Positions 29,021 through 39,297 of a DNA stretch of 64,000 nt are shown piece by piece (position 1 is the stretch's first letter; each line of letters begins with the position of its first letter). The notes below the pieces were generated by a model. The model was given only the letters and a program-made list of their open reading frames with translations. It was not told the DNA's origin and did no database searches. The translations under genes and the position numbers were made by a program. This DNA is from Melioribacteraceae bacterium (GTDB lineage Bacteria; Bacteroidota; Ignavibacteria; Ignavibacteriales; Melioribacteraceae), in assembly GCA_963678275.1 (NCBI GenBank), contig OY782765.1, forward strand, positions 3,047,700 to 3,111,699, in the 5' to 3' direction.

Positions 29021-32000
29021 ATGAATAAAATATTAACGGTTCTTATTATCTTGTTCTTAACGGGAATGAATTTCTCCCAGGTAAACCCTGTCGCGAACTG
29101 GAAAATGAACGAAGGAGATGGCAATAAAACTTACGACGCTGTCGGCGGCATAGAAGCAGGCATAAACGGCCCTAACTGGACAGCAGGACATATTGAAGCG
29201 GCTTTGGTTTCGAATGGATATGCCGACAGAATAAAGGTAGATGATGACGACAGATTTGATCTGACAACCGAAGGAACAATCGCTTTGTGGATTAAACTCG
29301 ATCAATGGCTTCCTTATGCGGGACTTGTACACAAAGGACATAAAAAGAACTGGAATGACGAAGCTTATTCCTTTCAGTTTGATTCCGGAGGGAAAAAACT
29401 CCTCGGCGGCCTCTTCAGCAATGGAGGTGATATTACCGTTGATTCTCCAACCGAACTTGAGTTAAATCAATGGTATTATGTTTTGTTTACCTGGAATGCC
29501 GATGTTATGAGAATATATATAGATGGACAGTTTGACTCTGAGAACCTCAATCCCCATAACAACCCGCGTGAAACAAATGGTAAGCTTATGCTCGGAAGTC
29601 AGTTGGATCAGAAATACAACAACGCTTATAAATACTTTGGATTTGACGGCACAATTGATGAAGTGACAATATACGATAAGTATTTGACCTCCGACCAGGT
29701 TTTGCAGGTTTACCAGAACTACCTTCCGACCATTCAGCCTGTCGAAGAGGTGCTCGCGTACTGGAAAATGGATGAAGGAAGCGGAAGCACAACTATTGAC
29801 AGCGAAAATAATCTTATCGGGGCTGTTCACGGCGCTTCATGGACAAATGACGCGGTCTCGGGTAGCGCGCTTGAATTTTCATTTCAGGATCAGAATATTA
29901 CGATCGGAGATAATGATCTGCTGAATCCCACCGACGCTATAACTATCGAAGCCTGGATAAAATGGAATGAAGACCCGACAACCGCAAATTCATACGCGAA
30001 TATTATTTCAAAGGATGGAGACGGGCAATACCAGATTCAACATAATTCAAACAATACCAAATTTGAATTCGCTATCAATACAGAAAACGGCCGCAAATGG
30101 ATACAGTCCTTCACCTCCCCCGAGGAAGACAAATGGTACTATGTTGCCGGCCGCTATAGCAGCAGCGATGAGGAGATGGCAATTTTCGTAAACGGCACAA
30201 AAGAGCAGGTTAAAACACTTACCGGAGCGATTGTCGCGACCGAAAGTCCATTGCTTATTGGTGATCATAAATATCCGTCACGAACTTTTTATGGTATAAT
30301 TGATGAAGTGCGCCTTTCAAATTACCAGCTTACAGATGAAGAGATTATGGCCCGCTACCAGGATATGAAACCGGCTAACCAGAATTACGATAACATGGCC
30401 CTGCTTTTCCATCTCGATGAAGGAGCAGGAACAACAATCAAAGATGAATCGGGTGAACTTGCGGGAAATATTATCGCCGGAGCTGAATGGATTGACGGTA
30501 AAGGTGGCTCGGCGCTCCATTTTAACGGTGATGATCAGTATATAGAATTCCCCGGCACAGAGAATCTTCCGCTTGATGATGAAATTCTGCTCGCGGCCTG
30601 GGTTAAGGCTGAAGAAAATAAAACAGCCAAAATTTTCCAGAAGGGCGATTGGGATGGCCATTCGCTCGGGATGGATATATGGCGGGGCTGGAAAGCGACC
30701 GTTTCAATAGGAGAGGAAGCTTATGATATTGAATGGGGTCACGGACGTCCGGTGCTTGGAGAATGGTACCACCTGGTGTTAACGTATGATGGCAGCATTA
30801 TGAAATTTTATGTTAATGCCCAACTACAAAACAGCAAAGAAGTCAGCGGGGTTTTACGTCAGAACAGCCGTCCCCTCGCCGCGGCCAGCGATAATGGAGG
30901 CCAGAAATTCTTCAACGGCGCTATTGATGATCTTGTTATACTTAATTTTGCTCCCACCCAGGAAGAAATCATCGGGTATTATAATAATTTTTTCCAGCAG
31001 GAAAATGTATGGCAGCAGATGGAGGTTACAGGTTTCACTTCATTTCCCTACTCTTTTGATATGAATTCTGAAGGAATCATTTTCTCAGGCAACTGGGGCG
31101 GAGCAGGGATATTCAAATCTACCGATGAAGGCCAGACATGGGAAAACCTTCAGAATGGATACTGGGTTTGGAAAGTGGCCATTGATGATGATGATGATAT
31201 TTATGTCGGCACAAGCGCCCGCGGTATAATAAAATCCACCGACGACGGAGCCACCTGGGATTCATTATCGGTTGGAGCATCCTCGATGGATTTCAGGGAC
31301 ATTGTTATCAGAGACGGCGCTATATACGCTTCGAGCTGGGGTGGAGGCATTGTAAAATCAACTAATGATGGCGAAACCTGGGAATCGGTAAGCGCAACTC
31401 TGCCGAGCAATGTTATTCACTCAATCACCTTTGATTCCGGCGGGAACCTCTGGGCAGGCGCTTATGACGGATTGGGAGTATATAAAACAAGTGATGACGG
31501 AGGAACATGGGAACCTGTAACAGTTCCTTACGGATATATCTGGTCGATTGATATCAGTCCCGACGATGATATTTACCTCGGCACCTATGGAGGCCCGGAA
31601 GATGATGGTGTAGGGCTGTACGTTTCGGAAGATGACGGACACTCATGGACAAAAGAAGATGAATTTGACGGATTGAATATTTACGGAGTAGAATTCGTGG
31701 ATGAACAGACATTCGTCCTCACCTGGGAAAATGGAATGTATATAACCGAAAACAGCGTTCCCGGCCAGATGGATAATATCGAAAAATGGATGCCCTATAA
31801 CAGCGGCCTTCAAAGCGGTGAAGTGACAGCGATAATAACACGGACCGACGGCTCCCTGCTGCTCGGAACAGGCGATTCACAGCTTTATAATAATTTTGAC
31901 CCGGTTACATCTGTTAATGATTTCCCGGGTAACGAAACTATTCCTGACAATATGACTCTGGAGCAGAACTATCCCAATCCATTTAATCCCTCAACGAATA

Positions 32001-32209
32001 TAGCGTTTAATATAAGCGAACAGGGATTCTACCGGGTTAAGGTTTATAATATCGCGGGTGAGCTGATTCAGGAATTGCTGAGTGAAGAACTGATCCCCGG
32101 TCAATACAGTGTCACTTTTAACGCCGAAGGAATTTCTTCAGGAATATATTTTTACACCCTTGAGAGCAGCGCGAAAATTCTGACAGGTAAAATGCTGCTT
32201 CTCAAATAA
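29021..32209 (+). CDS. Large secreted protein: ~4 LamG domains + BNR/Asp-box beta-propeller + T9SS C-terminal domain
   Basis: The signal peptide is MNKILTVLIILFLTGMNFSQ. LamG ends recur (IDEVTIYDKYLT, IDEVRLSNYQLT, IDDLVILNFAPT). Asp-box motifs are STDEGQTW, STDDGATW, STNDGETW, TSDDGGTW and SEDDGHSW. The C-terminus has NYPNPFNPSTNIAF..GIYFYTL. Confidence 0.85.
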   Translation: MNKILTVLIILFLTGMNFSQVNPVANWKMNEGDGNKTYDAVGGIEAGINGPNWTAGHIEAALVSNGYADRIKVDDDDRFDLTTEGTIALWIKLDQWLPYAGLVHKGHKKNWNDEAYSFQFDSGGKKLLGGLFSNGGDITVDSPTELELNQWYYVLFTWNADVMRIYIDGQFDSENLNPHNNPRETNGKLMLGSQLDQKYNNAYKYFGFDGTIDEVTIYDKYLTSDQVLQVYQNYLPTIQPVEEVLAYWKMDEGSGSTTIDSENNLIGAVHGASWTNDAVSGSALEFSFQDQNITIGDNDLLNPTDAITIEAWIKWNEDPTTANSYANIISKDGDGQYQIQHNSNNTKFEFAINTENGRKWIQSFTSPEEDKWYYVAGRYSSSDEEMAIFVNGTKEQVKTLTGAIVATESPLLIGDHKYPSRTFYGIIDEVRLSNYQLTDEEIMARYQDMKPANQNYDNMALLFHLDEGAGTTIKDESGELAGNIIAGAEWIDGKGGSALHFNGDDQYIEFPGTENLPLDDEILLAAWVKAEENKTAKIFQKGDWDGHSLGMDIWRGWKATVSIGEEAYDIEWGHGRPVLGEWYHLVLTYDGSIMKFYVNAQLQNSKEVSGVLRQNSRPLAAASDNGGQKFFNGAIDDLVILNFAPTQEEIIGYYNNFFQQENVWQQMEVTGFTSFPYSFDMNSEGIIFSGNWGGAGIFKSTDEGQTWENLQNGYWVWKVAIDDDDDIYVGTSARGIIKSTDDGATWDSLSVGASSMDFRDIVIRDGAIYASSWGGGIVKSTNDGETWESVSATLPSNVIHSITFDSGGNLWAGAYDGLGVYKTSDDGGTWEPVTVPYGYIWSIDISPDDDIYLGTYGGPEDDGVGLYVSEDDGHSWTKEDEFDGLNIYGVEFVDEQTFVLTWENGMYITENSVPGQMDNIEKWMPYNSGLQSGEVTAIITRTDGSLLLGTGDSQLYNNFDPVTSVNDFPGNETIPDNMTLEQNYPNPFNPSTNIAFNISEQGFYRVKVYNIAGELIQELLSEELIPGQYSVTFNAEGISSGIYFYTLESSAKILTGKMLLLK

Positions 32210-32858
32210 AGAATTATTTTCTGGCAGTATTTATAATTTTATTTTCTGCCATTAAAAGTTATATCCCGGATATTATTTCACATATCCGGGATTTTTTTTG
32301 ATAGAATTTTGCGGCGATCAATTCGATCTGAATAGTCCCGTCGGTGAACAGGCAGAGGGAGTACCTAAGCCGGCAAAGTAAGAAGTGAAGAGCAAAAACA
32401 CTTCTCTGATATTTAAATAAATCCGATTTCGATAACGACTTCGATTTAGATTTCGATGGCAACCTTATATCATATCAATCTCTTTAATCCACGTAATTCT
32501 GTTCTGCGCTTTTTGTGGGATTTTGTGGTTTGGTGTTTTAGTGGCTTTTCTTCTGCCTGAATCAGTGTAATCAGCCTAATAAGAAAAATCCGCGGTCCTC
32601 TTTTTAATTATTAATTGTTCATTATTAATTATTAATTGAATTCTTGTCATTTTGAGCAGAATCAGGTTGTTTGTGCAATAATTAGCCAAATACAATGTCA
32701 CTAACATACACCATATCCATCTTACTCGCCGGTTAGCAAAAGCCTCCACAGCGGAGATGAAATAATTTACGGAAATAGTTTATTTTAATCATTATATTAT
32801 TTCCTTAATAAAATAATATTGGGATGACTATTAGTAATATTTGATAACAGAGGGATAT

Positions 32859-34373
32859 ATGAAGATCACACTTATTGACCCGACGGGCACAATTATAAAT
32901 TACGGACTCAGGGCGCTGGCGCAAACATTGCTTAATGCCGGTCATGAGGTCAGACTTCTCTTTATGAATCAGCAGACCATAAATTACAATTATAACTATT
33001 CAAAACAAATTTATTCCGATCTTTGGGAGCTGGTTGAGGGCTCCGATCTCGCTGGCTTTTTTGTGCTCTCCAACTTTCTTGGTCAGGCGGAAAAATTAAC
33101 CGGGAGCATTAAAAATAATCTGAATATCCCTGTTATTTGGGGTGGAATTCATGCGACAGCATGCCCGGATAAATCACTGGATTACGCCGACTTTGTATGC
33201 ATAGGGGAAGGCGAAAAATGCCTGACAGCGCTGCTGGATAAGTTAGACTCCGGTACTGAATATTTATCAACGCCCAACCTCTGCTATAAATTAAATGGTC
33301 AGATTATTAAAAATCCACTCGCCGTTATTGATGCCGATATCGATAGTTATTCCATGCCATTATACGATAATCAGAAAGAATTCGTTCGTTATGAGGATCG
33401 AATAGTGCAAATGAATAACAATATCAGAATGGAATTAACAGGTTACCAGACTAATTATTATCATATTAATGAAGAAACGACTTACCCATATCTGACTATG
33501 GCCTCCAGGGGATGTCCTAATTCATGCTGCTATTGTTGCAACAACCTGGTTAAAAATATCTACCGGGGTAAAGGAAAACTTCTCAGACGCCGCGCCAATG
33601 AGCAGGTCATCCGGGAATTGGAATCAGCTTTGGAAAAAATGCCCTTTATAAATTTGATTGAGCTGTTTGATGATGACTTCATCTTTCCCAATGAAGAAAC
33701 TATATCAGAATTCGCCGATTTGTACAAAAAAAGAATCGGCCTCCCTTTCCGATGCAATTTCAGACCCGACAGCGTTTCACAAAATAAAATTGATTGTCTG
33801 AAGGATGCAGGTCTCATTTCAGTTGAGATAGGACTGCAAAGCGCCAGCCTTGAAACAAATAAACTTTTTAACAGAAAATTTAACCGGCAGAAATTTCTTT
33901 CGTGCTCCGAAATCGTAAACAGAAATCAGCAAATAACCGTTAAGTACGACCTGATTGTTGATAATCCTTTTGAGAAAAACTCCGATGTAATCCAAACACT
34001 CCGATTTATATCACTGCTGCCGGAACCATTTGACATAGCAGTTTATTCTCTCACTTTTTTCCCCGGAACCACACTATATAATTACGCGCAGAAGAAAAAG
34101 ATATTTACTGATTTTATCAAAGAGATTGTCGAGAAAAAGAACTTTGTACAGTATGAATTTAAAGATCCTTTCATCAAGTTTTTGTTCTTATATATAAGAA
34201 GGATCGGTTTCAATAACCCGCTTAAAAAGAAGGTCTTCAATGTTTTAACTTCGAAAATAATATTTACTGCGCTAAACAGCTTCCTGTTTTTCCCCTTATG
34301 GTCATCATTTCTTTTCGCGAAGCGCGCCGCTTCCAGTATGAGAAATAAAGGGACAAAACTTTTTCCCGGTTAA
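32859..34373 (+). CDS. B12-binding-domain radical SAM protein
   Basis: There is an N-terminal Rossmann-like B12-binding region. CPNSCCYCCN provides a CxxxCxxC cluster motif. EIGLQSAS is a radical SAM core element. The C-terminus is hydrophobic. Confidence 0.8.
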   Translation: MKITLIDPTGTIINYGLRALAQTLLNAGHEVRLLFMNQQTINYNYNYSKQIYSDLWELVEGSDLAGFFVLSNFLGQAEKLTGSIKNNLNIPVIWGGIHATACPDKSLDYADFVCIGEGEKCLTALLDKLDSGTEYLSTPNLCYKLNGQIIKNPLAVIDADIDSYSMPLYDNQKEFVRYEDRIVQMNNNIRMELTGYQTNYYHINEETTYPYLTMASRGCPNSCCYCCNNLVKNIYRGKGKLLRRRANEQVIRELESALEKMPFINLIELFDDDFIFPNEETISEFADLYKKRIGLPFRCNFRPDSVSQNKIDCLKDAGLISVEIGLQSASLETNKLFNRKFNRQKFLSCSEIVNRNQQITVKYDLIVDNPFEKNSDVIQTLRFISLLPEPFDIAVYSLTFFPGTTLYNYAQKKKIFTDFIKEIVEKKNFVQYEFKDPFIKFLFLYIRRIGFNNPLKKKVFNVLTSKIIFTALNSFLFFPLWSSFLFAKRAASSMRNKGTKLFPG

Positions 34374-35214
34374 CAGGATATTATTTATTTATCTTTAATT
34401 GGATATAATAACCTCTCTAAAATTCTTCAATAATGAAAAATCAGAAATCCCCTCCCTTTAAGATGTTAAATGGAGGATGGAAGCTCTGCTGTCAAATTAA
34501 GCCATCAAAAAGCCCCCGAACGCTTTAATCAATAGAAAATGACATCGGGATTGAATGGATAAATCCCAAATAATCTCTCGTACTCGTTCACGTAATCGCA
34601 CTTCGTTCTCGTCTTTTCAAAACGCTCAGGTTATTCTGGAACGAGGAGGACTACGAGTACCGCTGCGCCCCCCAAAAAGAATGTTTCATAAGAACGAAAA
34701 GATATTTGCACAATTAATGTCAATAAGAGGTATTTTTTTACCGTTCCCTTTCGGGGGCGTAGAAGAGATTTTCGCTTAGCTTGACAGCATTGAGATGGGG
34801 TGATCTACCCTGAGTTGGAATTAATCCGGAGAGAAGTCTGGTTATTTCACCCCCTGAATGACAGATATTTCACGTAATTATAACTCTGTTACCTGGAAGG
34901 TTAAAAAATCAGGAATGAGTTTTATTTTAGCTTTTTTGTGAGATTTTGTGTTTTTATGTTTTAGTGGCTTTTCTTCTCCCTGGATATGTGTAATCAGCGT
35001 AATCAGAAAAATCCGCGGTCCTCTTTTTCATTATTCATTATTAATTATTAATTATTAATTGAATTCCTGTCATTATGTGTTTTTTAGCGCGGCATCCAAA
35101 ACTCAGATACATAAAATTACTCTGAAATAAATATATCTTTTTACTTTCACAAAAAAGATTTGGATAATATAATAAAACCATATAGTTTTGTCCTTATTTT
35201 TTGGAGTGATATTA

Positions 35215-35469
35215 ATGGACATAATTGAAATTATTGGTTTTGCCGCAGCCCTTTGCACAACCTTATCTTACGTGCCACAGGCAATAAAAACAATAAAGAC
35301 AAAAAATACCGGCGATCTTTCACTGGTAATGTATATTATCCTGAATATGGGAATTTTTTGCTGGCTGCTTTATGGTTTCCTTATCTGGTCGATCCCTATT
35401 ATCGCGGCAAATATTATTACCATCATGCTTACATTTACAATATTGATGTTGAAAATAAAGTATAAATAG
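35215..35469 (+). CDS. SemiSWEET / PQ-loop family small transporter
   Basis: The 84-aa product has 3 predicted TM helices and a YVPQAIKTIKTK PQ motif. GGAG lies upstream of the ATG at 35215. Confidence 0.7.
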   Translation: MDIIEIIGFAAALCTTLSYVPQAIKTIKTKNTGDLSLVMYIILNMGIFCWLLYGFLIWSIPIIAANIITIMLTFTILMLKIKYK

Positions 35470-35496
35470 CAAATTTATTCAGCACGCTGTTAATTT

Positions 35497-36717
35497 TTAT
35501 TTTCTGCCATCGCGTACCCATTCCATGACATTCATCGGAGGCCGTTCATTTTCGAGTTCACCGGCCATAAAACGCATATAGGGATCAATATTTCTGAAAA
35601 AGAATTTGTAACCCTCACATAAATAATTCAGGCCCTCCTCCCCCGATGGAGTCTTTTTGGACCTGTGCTTCGGACATTCACCATTGCACGCGAATCGGTA
35701 TTCGCAATCAAGACAATATTTTGGAAGACGATCATATTTATCAGCTCCAAATTTTATCTGCTTATCTGAGTCGACCATCTCCTTCATGGAATCCTCCATT
35801 ATGTTACCCAGTTTGTGCTCCGGATAAACATAATGATCGCATGAATAAAGGTCCCCGTTATGTTCCATCACCAGTCCCTGCCCGCATTTTTCCCTGAATA
35901 CGCAAAGATTGGGGTTTCTCCCTGTCCACGCCTCAAGAGCCACGTCAAATAAATTCACAAAAACAGCGCCGACATCATTTCTAACCCACTCCTGGAAAAT
36001 ATTCCATAGGAAGCGGCCATATTGAAGCGGCTCAACCGACCACTTTGTAACCAGCGCGGCATCCTTATAATCCTGTGCAACCAGGCTGACCGGATAATCC
36101 CCCTGAATGGTGGCGCGCCTTTCAACAATCGGGATAAACTGCATATATCTGCTGCCGGTATTCTTCAGGAAATTATAAACCTCAACCGCCCGGTGTGAAC
36201 TGTATTTTGTTACACAGGTCAGGGTATTAAATTCAACCGCGTAATGTTTTAAAAGATCCAGCCCCTTCATAACCTTTTCAAAAGTCGGCTTTCCCCCCTT
36301 TAATACTCTGTAACGGTCATGGACCTTTTGAGGTCCGTCAACTGATAGTCCGATAAGAAAATTGTTATCCTTAAAGAACCGGCACCATTTATCATCAATC
36401 AGCAGTCCGTTAGTCTGAAATGAATTTATGATTCTTTTTCCATTAGCGTATTTTTTCTGAAGATTAACCGCCTCTTCAAAAAAATCGAGCCCGAGAAGTG
36501 TCGGCTCCCCCCCCTGCCATGTAAATGAAATTACAGGCACAGCCTGGGTATTGATATACTCTTTTATAAATTTTTCGAGAACATCATGTTTCATTCCCCA
36601 GTCAGTTTTATTGCCATAAAGATTTTCCTTTTCCAGGTAATAACAATATTCGCAATCAAGATTGCAGAGAGGCCCTGTAGGCTTAACCATCACATGAAAT
36701 GCCAGAGAGTTATACAT
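35497..36717 (-). CDS. Anaerobic sulfatase-maturating enzyme-like radical SAM/SPASM protein
   Basis: HVMVKPTGPLCNLDCEYCYY is the anSME N-terminal signature. C-terminal Cys clusters CLDCEYRFACNGECPKH form a SPASM domain. Confidence 0.85.
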   Translation of the reverse strand: MYNSLAFHVMVKPTGPLCNLDCEYCYYLEKENLYGNKTDWGMKHDVLEKFIKEYINTQAVPVISFTWQGGEPTLLGLDFFEEAVNLQKKYANGKRIINSFQTNGLLIDDKWCRFFKDNNFLIGLSVDGPQKVHDRYRVLKGGKPTFEKVMKGLDLLKHYAVEFNTLTCVTKYSSHRAVEVYNFLKNTGSRYMQFIPIVERRATIQGDYPVSLVAQDYKDAALVTKWSVEPLQYGRFLWNIFQEWVRNDVGAVFVNLFDVALEAWTGRNPNLCVFREKCGQGLVMEHNGDLYSCDHYVYPEHKLGNIMEDSMKEMVDSDKQIKFGADKYDRLPKYCLDCEYRFACNGECPKHRSKKTPSGEEGLNYLCEGYKFFFRNIDPYMRFMAGELENERPPMNVMEWVRDGRK

Positions 36718-37309
36718 TTTATTCCTGTTTTTAAAAAATTATGAAAAAAGATATTTTCATGTATCTAAGCTGCCAACACCTAAAAGGAATAATAAAAAAA
36801 ATAATCATATTTTTAATCATAAACTGGACAAGCCGGAAAAAAAATTGAATCCGAAGAAAGAATCGTACTCGTCTTTACCAAAACGCTCAGGTTATTCGAG
36901 AACGAGGACGATTACGAGTACCTGTTCCATGAGTACGATAAAATTTTGCCATTTTGCGTTGAATTTGACTCCTTACGGAGTAATCATAAACTTTCAAGCC
37001 AGAATTTCAATATTGTCCTGATTACTCCTCTTTTGTGACACTACCACGGTATATCCTCCCCCGTCAATGAAGAAGAACGCTTCATTGCCACCCCCTCCAA
37101 AGGTAATGGCACTAACATAGTGAAACGAAAGAAATATTGCGCGAATATAGTTATCCCCCAACATCAATATTTCTTGTGAAATGTTTTTCTAATATCAATT
37201 AAATAGAATGATAACATTAATTGGCTAATCTATTGTTATTAAATTCTTTACAACCTCACCCCAACCCCTCTCCTTATCAAGGAGAGGGGCTTTAAAAGTC
37301 CCTCCCCTT

Positions 37310-37870
37310 ACTACAGGGCTCCTGACATCACGTATATTGAAATGCAACTATTTTATCATCTTCTTCCATTAACTGGCAGAATAATAACAGTAAGAATATT
37401 TCGTTATCCTCTCTCAATATTGTTTTTATCTTTTAAAGCGACCTCAATAAAATAAGCGTTAAAAAAATCAAATGAACGGAGCGTTAAAAAAGGAAAGCTG
37501 TTTGAGGCACATGTCCTTTTATGTGCCGAGTTCTTTCATTTTAGCGAAGAGAATTGATTTTTAGCTTATTTTATTGCAGTCTTGACTTTTTTTGCCTGCT
37601 CGCCGCAGGAGAGTTACTTTTTGTGTCAAGACAAAAAGTAAGGGCATATTTTATGAAATATATTTGATAAGATTAATGACAATCCCCATTGGTTCTCGCT
37701 TTACCAGCTGAGGTAAATTTCAAATTATTTCACGCAAAGGGAACTTATAAACGCAATTCTTTCTAACAGAATTTCTAATAACAGTCGCATACGTATATAC
37801 GCAATAAAAAATCTATGTTGTTTTATTTCAATACTTTATGTTTCTGATGTCAGGAGGCCTGTACTAAGGG
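37310..37870. mobile_element. MITE-like element, copy 2, inserted in the loop of a G-rich palindromic hairpin
   Basis: It is collinear with 17397-17957, roughly 90-95% identical by eye with no obvious indels. The ends are CTTACTACAGGGCTCCTGACATCA and, reverse-complemented, CTTAGTACAGGCCTCCTGACATCA. The flanks TCCCTCCCCTTA and TAAGGGGAGGGA are mutually complementary. Confidence 0.7.
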
Positions 37871-38060
37871 GAGGGATTTAGGGTGGGGTCTGAATACCAG
37901 GAAAACACTAAAGATACTAAATTTTCCCCAGGCAAAGCCTGAGGAAAACGCCCTATCGGGGAAAACTATTTATTCAATAAGAAGTTAAACTCTACGCAAA
38001 TTGGTAAGAAATTTATCAACAAGTAGAAAGTTTTATTGCCAGGTATAAGTTTCGTAGTTA

Positions 38061-38494
38061 CTCGAGGTGTGTCCTCCCCCGTCAATGAAGAAGAGCGCTT
38101 CATTGCCACCCCCTCCGGCGGGGGACATTCTGATTACTTGGATTTGTCGATAAATATCCCCCTTCGGAGGGGGTGGATTCAAAGTGTTTTTCTTTGAAGA
38201 CGGGGGAGGACTATCCTTGAGCTAACCGATAACTTTTCTTTTTCTGACTCTTTCAGCTTATGGATTTTGAATCGCGGCTTGATTATCGGCAACATGTTAT
38301 TAGCGGGCTTTTTGACAAATTTTGCTCCTTGGATTATCCTCAACATGTTGGCGTTAGTGTGGTGATAAGAGCCTATATTTTTGCTCTATCTTGGTGCCAT
38401 TACCTCCAAAGGGGGATAAATGACTTGATATCCCGCTTTGGAGGGTGTGGCCTCCGGTCGTCTTTTGCCGGAGGTCGGGGGAGGACTCACCTCG
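38061..38494. repeat. Nested inverted-repeat element (C5/G5-rich arms)
   Basis: GTCCTCCCCCGTC..CCACCCCCTCC (38071-38116) is complementary to GGAGGGGGTGG..GACGGGGGAGGAC (38167-38211). The outer arm CTCGAGGTGTGTCCTCCCCC (38061-38080) pairs with GGGGGAGGACTCACCTCGA (38476-38494). A direct copy of the left arm lies at 37054-37098. Confidence 0.6.
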
Positions 38495-38696
38495 AATAAC
38501 CATAAAACTTTTGCCTGACAGTAAAACTATATACTTGTTAGAAAAACTATGCCATTTTGCGTAGAATTTATCTTCTTATGGAATATTAAGCCATTTAAAG
38601 CGAGAAAATATTTATTAATACGCATAAAAAAGCCCCATCAGATTCTCACATTCTTTTAAATCCAACGGGGCTGAAAAATTCACAATATTTTATTTG

Positions 38697-39293
38697 TTAA
38701 TTTATATTTCCTTTCAATCGCGATATCTCATCACGAAGTTTTGCGGCCCTTTCATAATCTTCCTTTTCTATCGCTTCTCTCAGGTTATCCTGCAGATTCG
38801 CGATGCGCGTTTCGGGAGAAGGTTTCGCGGCGCCCTGCGCTGTTTCTTCCTCTTCCGGTTCGGCTGAGCTTTCCTCATCTTCATTAGCGGGAAGAAAAGA
38901 TGCCGCGGCCATAACTTTTTCATCAACAAAAATCGGCGCCCGGCTTCTGACAGCCACAGCGATCGCGTCACTGGGACGTGAATCAATCTGGTTGGTCATT
39001 GATGAAACTTCGAGGACAATCTTAGCGTAAAAAGTATTATCCTTAAGTTCATCAATAATTATTTCATTAACAGTCGCCCCCAGGTTATCAATAAGGTTTT
39101 TCATCAGATCGTGCGTAAGAGGCCGGGGCGGTTTTATCCCCTCAAGCTCAAGCGCGATCGACTGAGCCTCAAAAGCTCCGATAATTATCGGCAGTCTCCT
39201 GACTCCGTACGTTTCCTTTAGAAGCAACGCATAAGCCCCTCCGGCGGAAGGGCTTGATGAAAGACCTAATATTTCTACTTCAACTTTATCCAA
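38697..39293 (-). CDS. Bifunctional nuclease (BFN/DUF151) domain protein with C-terminal UVR motif
   Basis: The motif LPIIIGAFEAQSIALELEG..PRPLTHDL is present. An acidic linker follows. The C-terminus EDYERAAKLRDEISRLK is UvrB/C-like. Confidence 0.8.
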   Translation of the reverse strand: MDKVEVEILGLSSSPSAGGAYALLLKETYGVRRLPIIIGAFEAQSIALELEGIKPPRPLTHDLMKNLIDNLGATVNEIIIDELKDNTFYAKIVLEVSSMTNQIDSRPSDAIAVAVRSRAPIFVDEKVMAAASFLPANEDEESSAEPEEEETAQGAAKPSPETRIANLQDNLREAIEKEDYERAAKLRDEISRLKGNIN

Positions 39294-39297
39294 AACT

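Noticed and set aside
34555-34779. 74-aa ORF (MDKSQIISRTRSRNRTSFSS..)
   Set aside because: It lies entirely within repeat module (f), the hairpin. Its product is R/S-rich and low-complexity. The same DNA recurs at 36.85 kb and, reversed, at 56.75 kb without a conserved frame.
38260-38499. 79-aa ORF inside the 38.06-38.49 kb inverted-repeat element
   Set aside because: It is embedded in nested inverted repeats, has no RBS and has repeat-derived composition.
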